Source: Aplysia californica (Eukaryota). Taken from it: 64,000 nt of DNA. Below the pieces are notes generated by a model. It saw nothing but the letters and a program-made list of their open reading frames with translations, did not search any database and had not been told where the DNA came from. Shown here in pieces: positions 14,201-25,365 of the stretch; positions within the stretch are counted from its first letter, which is position 1, and the number at the start of each line of letters is the position of its first letter. The DNA lies in NCBI RefSeq assembly GCF_000002075.1, contig NW_004797525.1, positions 705,124 through 769,123 of the forward strand. The letters run 5' to 3'. Made by a program: the position numbers and the translations under genes.

Positions 14201-17078
14201 CAGTGAAGGAGGTTAAAGTATCTTGGCAGCACTTTTTCTGAAAACGGGTCCATAGACACAGAAATAGAAATGAGAACTCAAAAAGCCAATGCTGTCACCT
14301 ACCAGCTCGCACCCCTCCTATCTCATCCAAACATCTTCTTGGACACAAAGAAACAGCTTATCACCACAATATTCATACCAACATTATGCTACCAGTGCCA
14401 GACCTGGACATTAAGTAAAAACAATGAAAGCAAAATCACTGCGAAGTGAAATGTCTCCCCAAAACTCTTAAAAAGCAAGACCAGATAGGCAGAGAAATGG
14501 GGAAGTAAGAGCAGCTATTAGCAATGGGTCCTGCCTGCAGTACAAAGAAAGACAGAGAATAAAATGGTTTGGCCACCTGTTACGTATGTCACCTGGCCAG
14601 CCAGCCAGCCTCGAGAGCCTATAACACCAAGCACTCAGGCTATTATAAAGGAAGAGGGCAGCCACGCAATAGGTTACTCGAGGATGTCAAGGAAACCTGA
14701 GAAAACGTAACATCACAACTGACTGAAAAAGCTGAGGAGCTGGCCTACCATAGAAAACTGCATCTCCCCTCGACGCTTAACGGCAACAGACGCTGAAAAA
14801 GTGAAGTAAAAGTAAAGTAAGTTAATGCAAATTTCTTTTTCTTTTTTTCTTCTTCTTTTTTGGATTTTGTGAGGGTTTTTTGTTAAATTTACACTAAATT
14901 AGGTAAAGAATATTTTTCTTTTTATTTTGTTTGTTTTGTTTTTTCTTTTGTTTTTCTTTTTTGGGTTTAAAAAATTGCAGGTGGCTTTAAAAAAGTCTTT
15001 TTAAAACCAAATTAAATACAATTCCAATTCCAGTGACTACAGATCGCCCAACATTGTCCTGGTGGACTGGCCAGAGGAAGCCAGTGATGATGTCACTTCT
15101 GTGTACCACGCCGTCAGACACCAGAACGTGCGGAACATCGCCAGATACCGGCCAGTCAGCTGTCAGGTCAACTAACCTACGTCACTTTGGACTTTTTGAT
15201 TACGCCGGTACTTGGGGGAGAAGTTACGGGATGGGGTGTCTTTTTGCGGGGATGAATTAAAATGCGTATCAGTAGTCAGGTAAACACACTTATTGACGTC
15301 GGTGAATCAATGCCAAACATGGACCACGAACAAGACATTAGAGCAAAGAATTACAACATGTGAAATGCGATGCCTTAGAAAAGCAGTAAACAAGACCAGG
15401 CGAGACACAATTAGAAACTCAGTAATCCGAGAAATGGTGGGCAAAAATGATGTCATGCATCACATCCAACATCAAAGAATCAAATTATGGTTCAGACATC
15501 TCATACGATTACCAATACACCACCCAGCACAACGTGCCTACATTTTAAAAAAATGATGGCAACAAGGCCAGAGGGCGACCGAGAAAGACCTGGATAGATG
15601 GAGTCAGGGAAACACTAACCACCCTCGGCATCCCCCTAACTCAAGCTCTCCAGCTGGCGACAGAGAGATATAACTTTCTTCCCGCCAAACCAAAAAGGGT
15701 ATAAGCGGCGGATAAACGTAAAAAAATATTCACGTCGGTACAGGGTGAGGGTTTGGAAGGTGGAGGTGGGGGAGTGGGCTTTTTCGTGGAGGAATTGAAT
15801 TGCTTATCAGCTGCGAGCTTGGCTGTCTCAGAACTTAAAGATAGTCTTAGCTGCGAGGGAAATGACTGGAAGGGGGTCAGGTCGTGGGCTCTGATGTTGT
15901 CCTTTTCAGGGTCGACCCGGCAACATCAGGTCAAATCAAATCAGTTATATTATATATTGTTATGTTATAATACGATTTGGTACCGGTGTCGGGTCAATAA
16001 ACGCGTCAGAATACAGTTTGGTGTCAATGTCATCGTAAGCAATAGTTGAAGGTATCAATGTCAGGTGAATCGACACTTTTCTCTCTCNNNNNNNNNNNNN
16101 NNNNNNNNNNNNNNNNNNNNNNNNNNNNNNNNNNNNNNNNNNNNNNNNNNNNNNNNNNNNNNNNNNNNNNNNNNNNNNNNNNNNNNNNNNNNNNNNNNNN
16201 NNNNNNNNNNNNNNNNNNNNNNNNNNNNNNNNNNNNNNNNNNNNNNNNNNNNNNNNNNNNNNNNNNNNNNNNNNNNNNNNNNNNNNNNNNNNNNNNNNNN
16301 NNNNNNNNNNNNNNNNNNNNNNNNNNNNNNNNNNNNNNNNNNNNGAACATTATAAAATGAAAGCTTCAATGTGCTTTTTATAAGAAAAGCTAGCCCAAAC
16401 ACTCAGCTCTTTAAGGATGAAGCAAACACGTATGCAGCAGACCAATAGCAATGTTCAGGAACATTTCTAAACCACCCTACCCAAGTAAACAACATTAATT
16501 TTCATTTTTCATCGTGTTCATAAGTTTGCCTGCCTTTTTAATTAAGTTTCAGTTTTATAAAACAGTGTTGAAATAATTATTGTTTTCAAATGTCCCAAAA
16601 TAACGCCCAAATAGTGAGTATTCAATCTGGTAAAAATCGAAAGAGGGTCTTCAGTAAGTTTAGAAAAACTCACCAGATTCGTGTTCTTTGATCAGGTACG
16701 AGTGGATGCAGCATTCCACATGACCAACACGTCCAGAAGTTTTTTCTTTGTCGGTCAGAGACTGGTAGAATATGACCACGATGTCGGGGCCCAGATTGCG
16801 AGCAGGTACAATCATGTTTTTGCTTTTTTTAAATGAGAAAGTTAATTTGTATATCTTCTATTTTGTTCTAAAAACTATCGTTTTTATTAAGCCTTGTTTA
16901 AGGCTTCATCTAACTATGGAAACTTTGCTTAACCCTATCCGTACGCCCCCGGGTCATTTTGTACCCCAGGGATTGTATTCTTCCCATTTTAGAATACTTC
17001 TAGTACGAAGATCTCTTTGAAACTTTCAGTATTTCTCAAAAATTCATTTTGAGAGATTGCTATGCTATAATGTTGTCG

Positions 17079-17132
<54 letters not shown>

Positions 17133-20100
17133 GTGTGTTATTTATGCTTAATGCTGTTTTCCCATGAGTCTCTCCCATTTGTAAAATCTGTCTCCTTTTT
17201 GCAATATTTGCCAATTGCGTAAACACTAAATCTAGTAGAGTAATCATAACTACCTCTATATCTTTAATATCAACGCCGACATCATTTTCCTCCTACATTT
17301 TATAGTAAATCTAAAGCCGGGTAAAAAAAAAAGTAAAGAGAGCAGTCTATAGTGCGGTCAGAAATTTGTGGCACAACTTATCCTCAAATATAGTGTCACC
17401 CATACTTGCACAGCAGTTTGTATCAATTTGTCTTTATTTAATCTTTTCCACAATAATTCTGGATGGATTTAAAAACTTTTCTTCACAAATTTATATAATA
17501 AAGTAATACAAATCTCTGTCACGCGGAAAATTGGATTGTTCACAGCACTTCCCGCTTTTCACACATATTTTGCATACGCATAATATGGCCTATGTCACAG
17601 CTCACTGATGATACTTTTGTTTCAAAACATGTCAAAAGAAAGTAGTTTTATAGTTAACCAAAGATAGTACAAGACAAGATGGGCCACTCAGCCTAAAAAG
17701 TGTCCGCAGGAAGTATGCTCTTTGCTTCAGATGGCGCTGCAGTCTGTTTTGAAGCTCTCTTTCGTTTTTCCAGAAGAAGAATAGGAATAGCACCTCCTTG
17801 CGTGCGCAGATCGACTGCTGTTCATCAGCAGTTCGGGTACGTTCAGTGCGGAGTCTTATTATTTCTTTTATTTTAATGACCTCTTGCCTTTCATTCTAAA
17901 GTCAAATTAAACGAAGAAAACCATCTCTCTTTCCTCCGGAAGAGGTTTTTTTGTCAGCGTAACCATTTTTAAAAAGCGTTCTTCCGAAATTTATCCCAAA
18001 ACTTGCTAGTTTCACTTTGATTTTTTAAAACTCAAGTAGGGTAACTCTGTTCGCAAAGAGTGCGCTTTTGTGAAGAGGGCGCCACCAAATTTTGAGGACA
18101 CTTTCTTAATTGGCTCAAAGAGAGAAATGGCCCATCTTGTTATAGGTGCTTCACTTTCGAACGTAGCAGACATGATGACTGCTACTCCCGTGAGGGGGTT
18201 TTTGTTTTTGTTTGTTTATTTGTTTTTTAATTCAATCTAACATCTTCGTCTGTTTCTCTGGTATGTTGTATACCACTCAATCATGGATAGGTGCTCACAG
18301 GCAGGCGTGAAGCAGCCTTGCCTCGTATAGGATCTAAACTTGTATCGATGGGGCCGTAAAACATTTCGTCGGAAAGCCATTAACATGACAATGTATTAAG
18401 CTAGAAAACAAAATTTATCAGGAGGGGGAGGGGACCCATTTCATTCTCTTATCTATTTAACTTAAAATATGTATTTTTAAAATACTTTTTCACCAATTAG
18501 AATTTGAACTCTGACAAAGTACTTCTTGAGCATATAGAAGCAATACGACGGATTAGAAAACTGGAAGTTAAAACAAAATATAGACATAATTTTGGTCCTA
18601 AAACATTTTAACACCTGGCGGGCAAATTAACATAATTTTATTCCTCAGATCTTTGGACGTCTTGAATATCAGCGCTCACGGGGATGTCTCCTCGTCATTT
18701 TTCCATGAGACGACTCATAAGGTACACGTATTTCAAGGTAAGATTTCACAGAAAGTACATCATTCATGTATTTCAAGGTAAGGTTTCAAGGAAGGTACAT
18801 CATGTATTTCAAGGTAAGATTTCACAGAAGGTACATCATGTATTTCAAGATAAGGTTTCAAGGAAGGTACACGTCTTCCAAGGTAAAATTTCGTGGAAGG
18901 GACAAGTATTTCAAGGTGAAACTTCAAGGTAGAACTTCAGGTACATGTATATTATCGAAGTAAAACATTATAGAAGGTACATTCATTTCAGGACAAAGTT
19001 TCATCCCCTCCCCTCCCCCCAGAAAACGTTATCCCTTGTACCCTTTTCTTAAAGATCTGGGGAGTAGGGTCGGGGTGTGCGGAGATTGCTGATAAGGAAT
19101 GTCGGTTGGAGTGGGCTGGGGGGGGGGGCAGAGGATGTATAGAGCTGAGGGGCTGTACTAGATTGCAGAAGGTAGAGCTTTATCCGCCTTTCCTCAACCG
19201 CCGTATATCTGTGGTCTCTGCTGACTCGGGCTTTAAACACATACACTTTATTTATAAACTTCACAGGCTGCCGTAGGGTGGAGCTTGACCCCGTTACTTT
19301 GACCCTTGTCTCCGGGTCTGAAGTCACTCGAGACCCGTGCACACCCGTAGACGCTGCTCTCACGTGGAATGAGATGGAGATTTTGTTTGAAGGTGAGTTG
19401 TCTGTGCTCTTCTCTACCGTCTGAATTCTACTAACAATTTCAGCAGCACCAGCAGCAGCAGCGTCAATGGTTATAGCAAAAGCAACATCAGCAGCAGCAG
19501 CAGTGTAAACATACAGCGGCAGCAGAGATAGGGGCAGCAACAGCAGCAGCAGTAGCGTTAGAAGTAACAGAAGTAGCAATAGAAGCACAACTTACAGAAG
19601 TAGCAACAACATTAGCAATAATAATCATTGTCTTCAGTATTCCTGCTCCTCGTCTTTAGAAAAGCTGGTCACTTATCTTACTCATTGAGCAATAGTTTGC
19701 CCAGGTACAAGTAGCTAACAATAATGGAAAAGAGAGTAGAGAATAGAAAAAATTAACAGCGAATAATTTGTACTGATGAAAAATTAAATTTCAAAGATCA
19801 CTGCATATAGCACTGCTGTTCATTGTTCTTAAATGGTGTGCTTATCTGCTGAAAAAAATGTTTAGTTGGCTAAACATTCTTTTCAAGTCAGTTGTCCAAG
19901 TTTTGTTGGTTTTGCTGTTGATAATACAGTCGTTGTTGATGTGACTATTGTTGTTGTTATTGTTGTTGTTGTGGTTATTATTGTTGTTATTGTAGCTGTT
20001 TTCGTTGTTGCCCTTGCTCATGATGTTAATATTGTTGTTACTCGTCTCTGGGTTGTATAAATGACGGAGGCACAAAACNNNNNNNNNNNNNNNNNNNNNN

Positions 20101-20528
20101 NNNNNNNNNNNNNNNNNNNNNNNNNNNNNNNNNNNNNNNNNNNNNNNNNNNNNNNNNNNNNNNNNNNNNNNNNNNNNNNNNNNNNNNNNNNNNNNNNNNN
20201 NNNNNNNNNNNNNNNNNNNNNNNNNNNNNNNNNNNNNNNNNNNNNNNNNNNNNNNNNNNNNNNNNNNNNNNNNNNNNNNNNNNNNNNNNNNNNNCAATCT
20301 TTAGAATATTATTTGTCTCCAGGTTGTCACGTACATAATCCTTCTTTAACGGACATGAGCACAGAACAGTTGGGGTTCCCCTGTGACGTGGACGCGGCTC
20401 TGTTGCATGATGGTCATGTCTACGCCTTCAAAGGGAACGACTTCTACCGCTATGACATCAGGCAAAACCAGGGACGGTTGGTCGGCCGGACGCTGGACTG
20501 GACAATTGACGCCGTGCAGTGTCCCTGA
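7695..20528 (+). CDS. 12-exon gene for a secreted hemopexin-repeat / PI-PLC X-domain phosphodiesterase / hemopexin-repeat protein, 716 aa; join(7695..8026,8544..8662,10059..10350,10878..11014,11368..11579,11966..12196,13065..13228,15034..15166,16696..16805,18649..18737,19267..19392,20323..20528)
   Basis: Exon lengths sum to 2151 nt with matching phases (2,1,2,1,0,0,2,0,2,1,1) and no internal stop. Signal peptide MPTPNLLRVVFLLLLLTTPTYS; eight hemopexin-type blades with (I/V)DAA...(F/Y)F.G motifs; PI-PLC motifs LDEVTLPGLHNAG, ITEQLRRGIRHLDVD, TCH, WPTL, RSPNIVLVDW. Confidence 0.88.
8544..8662 (+). CDS. coding exon 2: hemopexin blade 3 (FNVTGRPFTLLGRWWLSSLGLPCDVDAAVNWGGELLAFK)
   Basis: cccAG acceptor, AAA G|gtacag donor, DAA...FKG motif. 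Confidence 0.88.
10059..10350 (+). CDS. coding exon 3: hemopexin blade 4 and linker (GCNVFKY...GLPCQLDAAVEWTSESVIFLKG...RHRREITSCNGDV)
   Basis: Pyrimidine tract plus aAG acceptor; GTC AG|gtacac donor; lies inside ORF 9899..10627. Confidence 0.88.
10878..11014 (+). CDS. coding exon 4: PI-PLC X domain start (LCPLHLDEVTLPGLHNAGSG...NITEQLRRG), first catalytic His
   Basis: tttccAG acceptor, AGA G|gtatgt donor, HN motif. Confidence 0.9.
11368..11579 (+). CDS. coding exon 5: PI-PLC X domain (GIRHLDVDPC...GTCHAFSC...FMKENGNDVITVNF), second catalytic His
   Basis: GIR.LD.D motif; GAG|gttggt donor; phase consistent. Confidence 0.9.
11966..12196 (+). CDS. coding exon 6: PI-PLC barrel (QWPTLRSSIRTNRRLFVFY)
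   Basis: tcAAG acceptor, CCG|gtaaga donor, 77 codons, WPTL...RLFVF motif. Confidence 0.88.
13065..13228 (+). CDS. coding exon 7 (MIELTNRMCESLQYHELVIVSV...LRACEAHRF)
   Basis: ctccttAG acceptor, TC|gtaagt donor, phase fits both neighbours. Confidence 0.82.
13350..14822 (+). mobile_element. RTE-like LINE 3' fragment, decayed and split by a SINE
   Basis: VKEVK.LG..F, IFIPTLCYQCQTWTL, IKWFGHLLRM, (AAGTA)n tail; homologous to 60468-61330. Confidence 0.8.
13565..14083 (-). mobile_element. tRNA-derived SINE family 2 (I-LINE tail), inserted in an RTE fragment
   Basis: A/B-box head (GTGGCCTAGAGG...GGTTCGAATCC), LINE-derived tail, TSD ACTGAACAACA. Confidence 0.82.
15034..15166 (+). CDS. coding exon 8: end of PI-PLC domain (DYRSPNIVLVDW...QNVRNIARYRPVSCQ)
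   Basis: ttccAG acceptor, CAG|gtcaac donor, R.PN.V.VD motif. Confidence 0.87.
15300..15725 (+). mobile_element. RTE-like LINE 3' fragment (different subfamily)
   Basis: CQTWT...EMRCLRK...RRDTIRN...WFRHLIR, RGRPRKTW. Confidence 0.8.
16696..16805 (+). CDS. coding exon 9: second propeller, blade 1 (VRVDAAFHMTNTSRSFFFVGQRLVEYD)
   Basis: atcAG acceptor, AG|gtacaa donor, VDAA...FFF.G motif. Confidence 0.87.
17674..18140. mobile_element. MITE-like element, second copy (intron 9)
   Basis: ACAAGATGGGCCA...TGGCCCATCTTGT TIRs; homologous to 3254-3684. Confidence 0.72.
18649..18737 (+). CDS. coding exon 10: second propeller, blade 2 (SLDVLNISAHGDVSSSFFHETTHKVHVFQ)
   Basis: ttcctcAG acceptor, CAA G|gtaaga donor; bridges phase 2 to phase 1. 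Confidence 0.78.
18719..19002. repeat. 33-40-bp degenerate tandem repeat built from the exon 10 / intron 10 junction
   Basis: Recurrent AAGGTACA..GTATTTCAAGGTAAG.TTTCA units. Confidence 0.8.
19267..19392 (+). CDS. coding exon 11: second propeller, blade 3 (GCRRVELD...CTPVDAALTWNEMEILFE)
   Basis: tcacAG acceptor, GAA G|gtgagt donor. Confidence 0.87.
20323..20528 (+). CDS. coding exon 12 (last): second propeller, blade 4 (GFPCDVDAALLHDGHVYAFKGNDFYRYD...VQCP*)
   Basis: ctccAG acceptor, canonical hemopexin blade, TGA at 20526-20528. Confidence 0.9.
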
Positions 20529-20532
20529 TTAT

Positions 20533-20965
20533 TTATGTCACGACGCGGTGGAATAAGGCGCTAGTCCAGTCCATTATTTGAGAATATAGAGTTACTGATA
20601 TTAATAAAGCCTGTTCATTTGTCTTTCATTTGATGAAAAAACTGACCATCTATCTTGATTAGGAGTCGAAATATTTGTGATTAAAGGAGGTGGGGTGTTA
20701 GAGGTATACTAGCGAGAAAATGGCTGCCAAATTTGATGACATCCAAAGTTTGAGCGGCATTGGAAATCGTAAATCTACCTGTCTGTGCCTTGGATCAAGC
20801 TTTTTTCAGTAAAACCCAAACAGAAATTTTTTTTTTTAAAAGGACAAACATGGGGTTGAGTAAAAAAATGAACATCGATAAGAATAGCCCAACCTCCGGA
20901 AAAATGTTGGTTTCTTTAATTTCATTGTTTTGACGAGCGCCTGATTTCACCACGATGCCTCACAT
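20533..20965. mobile_element. MITE with imperfect ~36-bp TIRs, directly after the stop codon of the hemopexin/PI-PLC gene
   Basis: Homologous to 23640-24075; 3' end also seen near 63335-63372. Confidence 0.62.
20603..20608 (+). terminator. candidate polyadenylation signal AATAAA of the hemopexin/PI-PLC gene
   Basis: First AATAAA, 75 nt after the stop codon; lies within a MITE copy. Confidence 0.45.
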
Positions 20966-20989
20966 TTGTAAAAGAGCTGGACAACCCAG

Positions 20990-21475
20990 GCTATGGTGCG
21001 TAATTGTCTGTCTATATAGGCGTTGGATATCAGAGGTAATGGAGTGTAATTGACTGTCTACATATGTGTTGGATATCAGGGGTAATGGAGTGTAATTGAC
21101 TGTCTACATATGTGTTGGATATCAGAGGTAATGGAGTGTAATTGACTGTCTACATATGTGTTGGATATCAGGGGTAATGGAGTGTAACTGACTGTCTACA
21201 TATGTGTTGGATATCAGGGGTAATGGAGTGTAACTGACTGTCTATATAGGCGTTGGATATCAGAGGTAATGGGGTGTAACTAACTGTCTACATATGTGTT
21301 GGATATCAGATGTAATGGAGTGTAACTGACTGTCTATATATGCGTTGGATATCAGAGGTAATGGAGTGTAATTGACTGACTATGTAGGCGTTGGATATCA
21401 GAGGTTAAGGAGTGTAATTGACAGACTATATAAGTGTTGGACAACACAGGCCTTGGTGTGTAACTGACTGACTGA
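20990..21475. repeat. 46-bp minisatellite, about 10 copies
   Basis: Unit GGATATCAGAGGTAATGGAGTGTAATTGACTGTCTACATATGTGTT; starts at 21025, 21071 and onward. Confidence 0.92.
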
Positions 21476-21894
21476 CAGAAGATTGAGCAATCGACACTTT
21501 ATAATGTTACGACTAAAAGTACTAGATAAGGTACAGTAAAACCTACTTTAAGGGTCAACTGTTCAAGAAAATCCCATGTACAAACTATCATTTCCCACGT
21601 CCCCTGTCTTGGTACTCGGAAAGTTATTCCACTGTTGTAAGCAGTCAGTTTTATCATCCAATTTTCCAGCACACAAAGAGAAAATTAGATAATATCAACT
21701 TTTAATCTTTACCTTACCTTTCTTTCTCTACACCTCCACTCTACGTCTGTTCACGCGTGCTGTGCTTCTATGTATTTACCATTGTAGCACTAGCCAATTA
21801 TTAGCTCTACTTTGCATACTATTATTTTGTTGCATCGGTCTATATTTAGTGGATTAGAGTTACATAATAGTAATAAATGATAAATGAAATATAA

Positions 21895-22221
21895 TAAATA
21901 CCATTTGTATAGCGCACTACCGTGCCCTTCAGAAAGCTCTATGCGCTTTACACTACATTAATACCCTAGCAGACCATAGAATACTCAGAAACATTCTCAA
22001 TTTTTCGGGAAGCATACAGTGCAAGCAGCTGATTTAGGCGCAGAAACATTACCAAACTAAAGATCTTTCACTGTCTACAATAGTTGGGTTCTCATTCTCA
22101 TCTGCGTGAAGTGAGGAAAATTCATGGAAAGTGCCTTTCCCAAGGACACAACGTCGGGTGGCTGAGGGGATTCGAACACACTACTTTACGGTTGCAAGTC
22201 TGAGCCACTAGGCCACCGATC
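21895..22221 (-). mobile_element. SINE family 1
   Basis: Reverse-complement homology to 61897-62243, including the B box. Confidence 0.8.
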
Positions 22222-23122
22222 ACATTATGACTTGTTCTTTTTTAATGTCTAACAACCGATACACTAAACTTTACATTGTTGTTTGTACAGGGATAAAGGA
22301 GTCACTGTAAAAAGAATAAAAGACTTTTAACCAGGTACGCTTCCTTTCTATTTCTGAGCCTATATTCAATGTTTTGCAGTAAGATATAGTGCTGGGCGGT
22401 TAGGTTCCCGGTTATTGAAAGCTAGGAATCGTAGGAATCGACTCCGAACACAATTACTTTCTTTCAAATGATGTGATTTCTTCGGGTGGTTACCTGGTGG
22501 TTGGCTCCGAACATCTTCAGGGTTTATGATAACATTGCTTTCGGAACACTACGAAGCATCAACTTTAAAAATAAAATAATTTAAAAAATAGAAGAAAATG
22601 TGTATGATCAAAGTAACTGCTAACCGTTGGTTTACATAAAAATGAGTCGGAATTTTTCTTACGTAGCATTAATCGTGGGAATCGGTTCCGGAATCGATCC
22701 TTCGCTCAGCTCTAGTGAGATAATTCATCGCTTTTTAAGCATGGCATTTATCCCCCCCCCCCCCTCCCCAACCCCCGTACCACACCCTACCATCTGAAAA
22801 CAAACAAAGACTAGATACAAAAGCGAAAGAACAAAAAAAGAAGCTGCAACAAAACAAAACGAATTTGAACAACAACACAAAAACAAAACACTGAAAGATA
22901 TCGTCTAAACCATAAGCTAGTAGAAGGTGGAAAGTTATATTATAGAGTCTAGATTTTGTCTGCAAACAGAATGAATCCAAATGTGATTAGGATAATAAGC
23001 AGGGACAATATTTCTGAAATTTTTTGTACTGCGCATGACCGAGGAACGACGTGCAATTTGCAGGGTTCCGACAAAGTCAGATGTTAGCCTTCTGTGAAGG
23101 AGTTGTTCGCCACTGTGTTTTG

Positions 23123-23624
23123 TGTGGTCTATTCGGTTGTTTACTTTGCAGTCTGGCGTGTTGGTCAGTGACAAGGGCCGGGTTAGGCCTAGCTTATTGT
23201 ATTGTTTGGCTGAACGTGTGAGAGTGAGTAAAGTGTGAGTCTCAGTTCAGTTGGTGCAAGTGTATAAAAGCAGTCTGGATTACTACAGGTGAGACTTTAG
23301 AGGGGAGAACTGTAGCAAGGCAGAGGACGCCTGCTGAGAGTAAAGGTGGAGAAAAGGCTAGTTAGAGCCTCGGTTTATTTATGTGTAACTAGTGAGATTC
23401 CAACACATCGGGGCCCCATCGCTGAGGAAAGGATCACCATCAGGAGAGAAACAGAGAAACAGGTTTGGCTAACTCCTGTTGTAGGCGCAGGCAGACAGAA
23501 GGTTAGTAGTGTTAAACATTGTTTTGGGCGCTCATATGACCTTAGCAGTTGCGAGCGCCGTAAAACCCTATACTTCTACTAAACATTGTTTTAGTTACAT
23601 TGTTTTATGTTCCAAGTAACAACA
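23123..23624. mobile_element. probable solo LTR
   Basis: TG...CA ends with 5-bp TSD TTTTG; about 500 bp; absent at the paralogous site gtgttttg|tttaa near 54960. Confidence 0.55.
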
Positions 23625-23639
23625 TTTTGTTTAGCTGGT

Positions 23640-24075
23640 ATGTGTCATGAAGCGGTGGAATTAGGCACTCGTCAATGTTTGACTATCTTAGAGTTATTGG
23701 TATCATCTGAAAGCTTATTCAATTACCTTGCTTTAGATTTCAAAAAGACCCTTTTATCTTGAACAGAAATAGAAATATTTCCTATTAGATGGGGTAGGGG
23801 TCGGCTGGATTCATAGATAAAATTAGCGAAAAATTACCCCCAAAGTTTGGTAACTTCAATGGCTTGAGAGGCTTTGAAAAATGAAAAATCACTTTATTTT
23901 CCTTTAATCAATGTTTTTCAGTAAAATTCCCTTAAAATGTGTTTTTATATGGACATAAAAGGTGTTGAGCCAAATAACAAATATTCGCTAAAATTGCCAA
24001 ACTGACTGGAAAAAAGCCTGTTTCCTCGATTTCACTATTTTGACGAGCGCCTGATTTCGCCACGATGCCTCACAT
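23640..24075. mobile_element. MITE, same family as 20533-20965
   Basis: gcggtggaattaggcactcgtcaa and ttgacgagcgcctgatttcgccacg form inverted termini. Confidence 0.65.
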
Positions 24076-25365
24076 TTTCTTCCTCTCCTCGGCGGTCTTT
24101 CGCCTTGGTAAACTTATCACTACAATGAACTGCGATTATCGTTGTTGACAGTTGCTAGAATCTGTTACCGATACGAGCAGGGACATTGTTATCGTGGCAT
24201 CCTCCCCGCAGCCATGACCATGTTCTTTTTGAATTTCATCTCTTCAGGTTTCAAGAGCTTCTTTTTGTAGTAAAGAAGCTGACAGAATATTGTGAAAATC
24301 CTATCGAAGACGTTCGCTTTTGGCTATAGCCTTTTTATCAAGAGTTTTCCAGGACGCTATTGCCGCTCATATGACCTGCAGTTTCGAGCGCCGTAAAACC
24401 TCTACAAAAGCAAAAAAAAACAAATCAGGACGCTATAGATCCTCTAATGGAAAAACTCCTTGAATTGCAGACGAACTATAATGATATCTAGCATCAACAG
24501 TCAGTGTTATTCAGTTCCATACACAATTTTTTGCCCACTTTCGATTTTCAAACTACTTGACATAGAGCCCATCGTACATATATAACACATAAAAACAACT
24601 CAACAAAAAAGCCAAATTTTAACTGAGAAACGTTTATTTCTTCTGATTGTCTATCACTCAAATTTGTTTCTTTTTCTAAACCAGCGTGCTATGTCAACTC
24701 TTTATTGTAGTAAGTGCCTTGTGCAAGTCCTGTACGTAGATGTGCGTCTTAAGTAATGCCAAATTTACGAGAAAAAAAGATGTATGGGATAAAATAGTAT
24801 ATATCATACAGTCATACAGGTGACCAATAAGCTAGACAATAATATCAACTTAGCAAGCTGTACATTAAGTTAATTGACCTTGGAAGATAAGCCCCTGTTC
24901 TTTGCAATGGGAGTGGGGGGGAGGCCGGGGGGGGAGGCCGGGGGGGGGGGGGGTCTGCAGGTATTGCTGTGTGGGGCCTTTGATTATTTTCTGTGAATGG
25001 AATGTCTATGAAATCAGTCTAGATCTAGGTCCCTTCAGCCATGGGCATCGAATAAACACTTTGTGGTTGCCTTGCCGAGGCTGCCGTCTTCCAAAATATC
25101 TGATAACCTGAAACTACATTTGTATTCTTATGAAATACCTGAGCAGTCAACATCAAAGATTGGACGTCAGGCTCAGGGACTCGGAAAAAAATCTCGACAG
25201 CTTCTCTGAGCTCAGGACCTTCAGACTACGCAAGTCAAGGGACGAGTGACTCCCGTCAGCCACACAATTGACAAACTAGGTCAAAGCAGCCTGCTTCCTA
25301 AACTATTTCAATCATGTCAATGGGGCGTAAAGAATTTATTATCATTTTTGTGTCTGGGGACCTGG

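Noticed and set aside
20990-21475. CRISPR-like regular repeat
   Set aside because: Head-to-tail 46-bp units with no unique spacers, no cas genes, eukaryotic context; it is a minisatellite.
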